A stretch of DNA of 28,531 nt from Chiloscyllium plagiosum (lineage: Eukaryota), in contig NC_057750.1 in NCBI RefSeq assembly GCF_004010195.1, forward strand, positions 14,650,435 through 14,678,965, read 5' to 3'. Within the stretch, counting starts at the first letter, position 1, and each line of letters starts with the position of its first letter. A program made the translations under genes and the position numbers. The notes beneath the pieces are model-generated. The model was not told where the DNA came from and did not search any database. It saw only the letters and a list, made by a program, of their open reading frames with translations. Of this stretch, positions 21,613 to 28,531 are shown piece by piece.

Positions 21613-22658
21613 TAGTCAAGCTCATAGTATGACTCAAACCTGCTTGAAGTGACACATACATTTGATCACAGCAACCTGTCCTCTGCACACAAAAGGAATC
21701 TGTTCAAGCCTTGTGCTTTTTTGAATTACCCAGAAACGTGAAAAACCCTACTACTTTCCGAAGACCAATGCCTCAGCTAATCAGTGTTGACTTGCCAAGC
21801 AGTAAGCACCCTTGTTCTATAAGGCGACAGAAATGATTTAAATCATTTGAAATTTGTCATTCTCAGGGCTCTTGTGACACGGTAAAAATGTCCCCAACCC
21901 TGGATCGGTGAGGCATTGTGGGACAGTTCAACCACTGGAAGTGGAAGTGGACACTGCTGGGAGGAAGAGGAGGAGGAATCCTGAAATGGGAAGAGTGGAC
22001 TTGGTGTCCTGTATTGGTGTTGCTGCCTAGGCCCTGCCCTGGCACTGTGTGCTGGTTCTGCTGCTGCCCAAGCCCTGCCTTTGGACTGTCACTGATGCTG
22101 CTGTCTCGGACCCCCTGACATTGTTGCTGCTAGGGGAAACCACTTATAAAACTCGCCACCACTGTCTGGGACTTTCAGCCCTCCCTGAGTGACATTTTTT
22201 TTTACTATGTTTAAAATGGCGACCACTAGCTATTGTCATAGCCTCTGAAATGTACGGAAAGACAGTGCTTTCCCTTTGCTTCGAGCGGGCGGTGCACCTG
22301 ACCCTGGAGAAAGGGCTCACTGTGGGCAGAACCTATCTCTCAGTCAATCCTTCAGAGGTCACGGCACAAAAGCTTGTGTTCTCCAATGTCCCGCCATTTA
22401 TTGCCAGTGAGCTTCTCCTCTCTCACTTATAGCTGCTGGGTGAGGTGTGGTCAGGGATTGGACCCATCCCGTTCAGACTGAAGACCCTGAGCCTAATACA
22501 CATTTACTCTTTCTGGTGCCAGGTCTTCATTAGCTTGACCTTGGGTGAGGTGACTGAGGAAGTATTTCCTGTGCGCTGTGAGGGGACGGCCTACTGTTCC
22601 TTCTGGATGGTTGGGTAGTGAGCAGTGTCACTTCTGTGCCACCAAGCAACACGGGTGG

Positions 22659-23023
22659 CCACTGGTGGCTGGGCTGCACCCGTTCCCCCTACTGCTAAGG
22701 TAATACCCAGAAACCCACAAGCCAGAGTTTGCTGTTGCCACAATCTGTGGCAAGAAGAGGGTTAGGTATCCAGCCAGAAAGAAGGCGTGGCATAGGTCCA
22801 AACACTCACTGAATGTGCCCTAGAACCCATTGCGTTACCAGTCCACTGGTGGCTGGGCTGCACCCGTTTCCCCTACTGCTAAGGTAATACCCAGAAACCC
22901 ACAAGCCAGAGTTTGCTGTTGCCACAGTCTGTGGCAAGAAGAGGGTTGGGCATCCAGCCAGAAAGAAGGCATGGCATAGGTCCAAACACTCACTGAATGT
23001 GCCCTGGAACCCATTGCGTTACC
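22659..23023 (+). repeat. Tandem duplication with a 184-bp period in Tx1 ORF1
   Basis: 22659-22839 versus 22843-23023, 6 substitutions in 181 bp. Confidence 0.96.
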
Positions 23024-24335
23024 CTCAGAGTCAGCACCTCGGCCCAGCCCACCCCGGTGTGAAAATGCCCCCTTGGCTGGGCATGGGTTACTCTGGCATG
23101 GGAACCCTAAGCTCAAACCCCACCTCTCATTGGCTGCACGCAGTAACGCCAGTCCTTGGCCCCGTGCAGCTGAGCCTAGAGATTCCAAACCTGATCCCTG
23201 ACCCTCCACCTGAGCCCAAAGTTTCCAGGCCTGGTTCGGTGTGTGGGAATTCCAGTCCTGACCCCACCCCCCTTCATCACCTAGTCACAGGGATTCTGAG
23301 ATGGGAGCGGAAATGACAGAGGCAGTCTTCCCTGACCCATCACACCCCAGCCTTCCCCCAGCCAATAGTGTCTCTGCAGTAGCTGGTGGGAAGGTGTGAA
23401 ACCCCGAAGAATGCTGGGAAAGGAGGCAGCCATCATGATAACCCTGCAGAGGGAGGACTTCCCTGCTGTGAGGGTCACATACTGCTCTTCCCCGATGCCT
23501 CCTGCCCCTCCTGTGTTGCGAGTTAGCTGGTCCTCCCACTGCCAAAATCCCAGCGACACCTGAGGAGAAACAAAGCCCTGTGAAGGCCATGGTGCAGGCA
23601 GTGTAAGCTTTCCTGGCTCATTGGGTGGTGGGGAAGAGGAAGATGGATTCCCGGGTGCCTTGGTTCCTGCGGGAGAATCTTTTCCTTAAGGGGCCAGGTG
23701 ACCCGTGTCAGGAGAGGAGCAGGGCCCTGAGTCTCTGCCACTCGATGACCCAGAACTGGAACATTTCCTAATGGAGTCTACCAAGGAAGCCCTGCCAATG
23801 ACTCTGGGGGTGGTGTCATGGCACAGGCCACACCCCTCCAACTCTCATGGTGGTGGAGGGGCCAGTGGATGACAACAACTGCCTGGAGGAGGGGGGGGGG
23901 ACTTGGTGGTGGGTGCTGGGGATGATGTGGAGTTTGTATCAAGCGAGGTTTAGATTCTCTACTGTCCCTCACTGAATTTCCCCTCACCCCAGCCGAGGAT
24001 CTCTGGGATTCTCTGGTGAAGAATGTTGGCTGTGGACTGCTGGAATGTTTTTGAACTGGTCTTCTGATCCAGACAGCTCTCATTGCATCCAGGTTGGCCC
24101 AAAATAACCAGCAACAGTTCAGGAACATTTCTTGCGGGTCTTGAGGAAGGCGAGGGATCTGTCTGCCCTTCCTTCCTCCACACAGGGTTTTTAAATTTGG
24201 TGATGGTGGCGCAGGGCTGCTGACATGATGACCACCATAGCTAGCCTCAACATCAATGGCGGTAGGAATCACAACACAGAGTCCAGATCATCTCGGTCTT
24301 CTGGATCAGGATGCACGTGATTTGCTTCCTGCAAA

Positions 24336-24666
24336 TTCATCAAGGATCCTTAGACAGCACCTGCCAATCCATGACCACTTCCATCTGGAAGGACAAAGGC
24401 AGCAAGTACTTGGGAACACCACCCACTGCAAGTTCCCTTCCAAGCCACTTACTACCCTAAGTTGGAAATATACCACCATTCCCTCACTGTTGCTGGGTCA
24501 AAATCCTGGAACTCCTTCCTTAATGACATTGTGGGTCAACCCACAGCAAGTGGACAGCAGTGATTCAAGTAGGCAGCTCATCCCCTCCTTCTCAAGGACA
24601 AACAGGGATGGGCTATCAATGCTGGCCAGCCAGCGATACTCAAGTCCCACAAATGAATAAAAAAAA
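24336..24666 (+). mobile_element. 3' end of the second CR1-group LINE family, inserted in the Tx1 endonuclease
   Basis: Splits the FLQ|ETH-like motif; ends cccacaaatgaataaaaaaaa. Confidence 0.85.
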
Positions 24667-25694
24667 CCCCACAACACACCGGGAGACAGAGTCACTTGAC
24701 TCCCGGAGTGGCAAGGAAAGATCTATATGAGACACCTCACAACCAATTCCAGCAGAGTGGGTGACCAACTTGTTGGCCACATGTCTTTAGCTGGTGATCT
24801 TGGGGACTAGGAACCAGTGCTAGGCGGTTTGCTTCAACTGACGCTAGTGGGGGTGTCAGCACAATGATTCACTTTGTGAATGTTTACGTTTCTCTGGTCA
24901 GGCCAAGATAAATGGGCTTCGTTGAAGAAGTGTCCACTCACCTCATGTCCATCAACAAATGCCCTTGAGTCACCCTCATGGGAATTTTAACTGCACCCTT
25001 GAAGAGCAGGACCATGGTGGTGCCCAGTCTGGTTTTGCATCGGGGAGGAAGTTGGGGGACTTGGTCAAGTCCTTTGACCTGGTGGACGTCTGGCAGAATC
25101 TCCATCCTGACTCCATTGCCTTCACGTTCATAAGCCTTGGAGTCACTGCATCGAGGGTCAACCGCTGGTACATTTCACGGGTCTACATCGCCTGTGTTCT
25201 GGTGGCCTCCATGCTGCAGGTGCCATCCACAGATCACCACCTGGTATGGGTGGAGCTCACTCTGTTTGGCACCCAGCTGAGGTCATCTTTAACAATCTGC
25301 TGCTGGAGGATAAGCAGTTCCAGGATTTGCTTTGTCATTCTGGAGTAGCTGAGGGAGGAAGTCGGGGTACAGGAGCTTCCCTTCCTTGAAGCTATGGTGG
25401 GATGTGGGCAAGACTCTTCTGGTGAGAGGGTCAATGAAGAGGCAGACATCCAGGATCGAGGGGTTGGAGGTGCTTGACCTGGAGTCACATCTCAGTCAGC
25501 CTAATGTGGACCCAGACCTGCAGGGGGTGTGCGAAGAGAAGAAGGCTGCGCTCCATAGACCTGCAGCTCGTTGGATCCTGGGACGTGTATGTAAGGTCAC
25601 AGATCCAGCTGCTCGAGGACCTAGACCACAGCTCCCCTTCTTCTACTCACTGGAAAAAAGCTTTGGGGCCCGTCAGCAGCTCCTTGTGCTACTG

Positions 25695-26016
25695 AATCAT
25701 AGAATCCCTACAGTGTGGAAACAGGCCCTTTGGCCCAATAAGTCCACACCAACCCTCCAGAAGTATCCCCTCCCAAATCCAATCCCCATTACTGTATATT
25801 TGTCCCTGACTAATGCACCTAACCTACACATCCTTGAAGACTATGGGCAATTTAGCATGGCCAATTCACCCAACCTGCACATCTTTGGATTGTGGGAGGA
25901 AACACACACAGACACGGGGGAGAATGCGCAAATTCCACACAGTCGCCTGAGGCTAGAATTGAATCTGGATCTCTGGCACTGTGAGGCAGCAGCGCTAGCC
26001 ACTGAGCCACCTGTGC
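25695..26016 (-). mobile_element. HE1/V-SINE-type SINE with a small internal deletion
   Basis: Antisense head, V-domain, tail catagaatccctacagtgtggaaacaggcc. Confidence 0.92.
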
Positions 26017-26489
26017 AACCCCAAAACTGGCTGGTCCCTCATCTCAAATCTGGAGGGTATCAAGACCTAGATCAAAGCCGAGTCCACAGATCTGTTCTGT
26101 GTGGACCCATCCAGTGAGGATACTCGCAGAGGTTTGTGGGTGAAGCTGCCTCGGGTCAGCCTGGGGGACGCTCCTGTCTCTTTAGAGGACGCATCAGATG
26201 TCGCCACCTGACTCTCGAAGGATTGTTTCCCCAAGTCTAGGTGGGCTGATGGCGGACTTTTTCAGGGCGTTTGGGATGTCCTGGGAGGTGACTATGTGTG
26301 GATCCTGGAGGAAGGTTTTGCAACCGAAGAGCTGCCCCATTTCTAGGCACAGGGCGGTTATCATCCTGTTGCTGAGGAAAGGGACCTTTATCCACATCAA
26401 ATCCATCATCCAGTCCCCCTCCTCAGCACAGACTGCATCATTTTTGCCAGGATGTTGTCATCTCGCCTGGGATTTGCGCTGGATCGCTC

Positions 26490-26778
26490 TTGTGGGGCAT
26501 TCGAGGACGAGAGGTCATAGTGTTCGGATAAGGGGTAGCAGACTTCAGGAGAAACTACTTCTCCCAAAGGGGATTATGAATTTGCTACCCCAAAGTGTGG
26601 TGGATGTTAGGACAATTTAAGGAGGAGATAGACAGATTTGTAATTGGTAATGGGTTGAAGGGATATAGAGAGAAGGCAGGAAAATGGGGGCGAGGAGTGT
26701 ATCAGTCATGATCGAATGTCAGAGCAGACTCAATGGGCGGAATGGCCTGATTCTGCTCCTATATCCTGTGAACTTAAT
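26490..26778 (+). mobile_element. CR1 3' end inserted in the Tx1 RT
   Basis: RTRGHS motif; terminal gggcggaatggcctgattctgctcctatatc. Confidence 0.85.
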
Positions 26779-27165
26779 GACCCACCCTGGCCAATCATAC
26801 ATGGTCCCGGGCCAGAGGTTCCATGACAGTGTCCATCTGGTCTGGGACCTGATCCATTTTTTCCCAGAGGGCTGGTCTGTTCAGTGCCTTTGTGTCCCTC
26901 AATCAGGAAGAACGCATTTCATAGGATCGATCACGAATATCTGCTCGGGACTATGCAAGCATTCGGATTTCGGGACACAGTTTGTCACCTGGATCTGACT
27001 TTTGTACACCACTGTGGAGCGTCTGATTAAAGTTAATGGGTCCCTGACAATGGCCCTTGGCAGTGCATCAGGGCTGTCCCCTGTCCAGCCACAGAACAGA
27101 TCTGTGGAATAGACTTTGATTTAGGCCCTGATACCCTCCAGATTCCTATTACCAGCCAGTCTGAG

Positions 27166-27440
27166 GCAGCACGGTGGCTCAGTGGTTAGCACTGCTGCCT
27201 CACAACGCCAGGGACGCAGGTTTGGTTCCAGCCTCGGGTGACTGACTGTGTGGAGTTTGCACGTTCTCCCCAGTGTCTGCTTGGGTTATCCTTCAGATAC
27301 TCTAGTTTCCTCCCACAATCCAAAGATGTGCAAGTTAGGTGAATTGGCCGTACTAAATTGCCCATAGTGTTCAAGGTTGTGTAGGTTAGGTGCATTAGTC
27401 AGGGGTAAATGTAGAGTAATTGGGTTTGGGTGGGAAACTC
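27166..27440 (+). mobile_element. HE1/V-SINE-type SINE lacking its 3' tail
   Basis: gcacggtggctcagtggttagcactgctgcctcaca head and V-domain; stops at gggaaactc. Confidence 0.92.
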
Positions 27441-27934
27441 GTTGGTGTGGAGCTTTTCCAATGCCTCATGCAGAGAAGGTTGTTCGGGTTGGACAAGGGA
27501 GTGGTTCTTCTGACTTACACCAACAACGTGTTCCTCACATTCACCGATTCAGCTGACCAAGTGAGGAGGTGGGAGTGCCAGATGGTATACTACTTCCACC
27601 AGATTCAACTGGGTCAAATGTTCTAGACTCCTGGTTGGTCCATGGATTCCTTGCCAGAGGAGTTATGGGGGCTCAGCTGGAGTGCCACCCATCTCCTTTA
27701 TCCGGGGGTTTATCTTAGCCCAGTTGAGGAATCCTGGCCAATGAATTAGCAGGAGGTGGAGGCCAAATCCTCGGCCTGCTTTGGCAGCTGGACAAGACTG
27801 CTCTGAGTGCTGCCTTACAGGAGTCGAGTGCTGGTCATAAACCAGCTGGTGGCCGCCTTGCTGTGGTACCAGCTAGTCCCTTTGGCCCAGAGAAAGTTGG
27901 CTCATTTTTACTGGGACAAAAAGAAGCTCAAGGT

Positions 27935-28531
27935 TTGGGAGAAGATTTGTAGCTTGGGTGCTCGTTGTTGTGGTTCTATTCGCCAAGCTGGGAATTTGTG
28001 TTGCAGACGTTTCGTCCCGTCTAGGTGACATCCTCAGTGCTTGGGAGCCTCCTGTGAAGCGCTTCTGTGATATTTCCTCCGCCATTTATAGTGATTTGTA
28101 CCTGCTGCTTCCGGTTGTCAGTTCCAGCTGTCCATTACAGTGGCCGGTATATTGGGTCCAGGTCGATGTGCTTATTGATTGAATCTGTGGATGAGTGCCA
28201 TGCCTCTAGGAATTCACTGGCTGTTCTCTGTTTGGCTTCGAAAGAATCGAATCCTTCCACCAATCAGGAATGGACCCAGACCATGGAACAGGTCGTCACC
28301 ATAGGACAGAACAGGACCACACACCGCAAAAAACGGCACTAAAAGAAAAAATGGCCAAACTAACACACAACAGAGAGGACACCACAACACACACCTGGGT
28401 TAGAAACCTCTCCCACAGACAGCTCACAGACACAGAAAGAACAATACTGGCCAAGGGACTCAACTACAACCACAGGGACACCAAGACAGCAGACTTCCTA
28501 GCAGCACTAGAATGCACACTCAGGAACAATG
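27935..28531 (+). mobile_element. Penelope-like element: inverted pLTR (about 27935-28239) then ORF, running off the window
   Basis: Plus frame WVRNLSHRQLTDTERTILAKGLNYN (conserved PLE N-terminal motif); minus strand AKQRTASEFLEAWHSSTDSINKHIDLDPIYRPL (GIY-YIG C-terminus); hammerhead in the pLTR. Confidence 0.92.
28003..28040 (-). ncRNA. Minimal type I hammerhead ribozyme
   Basis: Minus strand: GCA-CUGAGGA-U-GUC(ACCUAGACGG)GAC-GAAA-CGUC-UGC; stems I and II pair; predicted cut between 28006 and 28005. Confidence 0.8.

Larger units (their letters stand above)
21900..27930 (+). mobile_element. Decayed Tx1-type (L1 clade) LINE with multiple nested insertions
   Basis: ORF1 from ATG 22216 (LVFSNVPPFIASELLLSHL); ORF2 from about 24225 (TIASLNING, GNFNCTLE, STDHHLVW, WWDVGK, HQGCPLS, YTNNVF as decayed YADD, YRSRVLVINQLVAALLWY); 5' boundary uncertain. 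Confidence 0.88.

Noticed and set aside
21860..22215. Sequence-specific Tx1 target (snRNA, tRNA or microsatellite) at the 5' junction
   Set aside because: No such target is recognisable and the 5' boundary cannot be fixed
23885..23921. Functional G-quadruplex
   Set aside because: A G-rich patch within decayed Tx1 ORF1 with no independent sign of function
25386..26117. 243-aa ORF, the longest in the window
   Set aside because: Accidental read-through of frameshifted Tx1 ORF2 into an antisense SINE

Overview
Vertebrate, almost certainly cartilaginous-fish (shark-like) genomic DNA, intronic or intergenic, made almost entirely of nested retroelements. No host gene, CRISPR or rRNA is supportable. 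Contents: many CR1-group LINE fragments of different ages; six HE1/V-SINE-type tRNA-derived SINEs; a second tRNA-SINE; DeuSINE (SacSINE1-like) remnants; an end-to-end but dead L1-clade LINE (about 10240-15335, minus) whose RT core is deleted; a decayed Tx1-type LINE (about 21900-27930, plus); and the inverted pLTR plus ORF start of a Penelope-like element (PLE) at the right edge. The most notable system is hammerhead-ribozyme-bearing retroelements: an intact minimal hammerhead in the PLE pLTR, and two short non-coding fold-back elements (6239-6415, 10663-10867) with a hammerhead core at the hairpin apex and 15-bp target-site duplications. Other structure: an ancient triplicated unit in the first 7.7 kb, a perfect 41-bp palindrome inside a CR1, an inverted SINE-plus-flank duplication, and a 184-bp tandem duplication. 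Family names come from motif recognition only, and boundaries of old elements are approximate.
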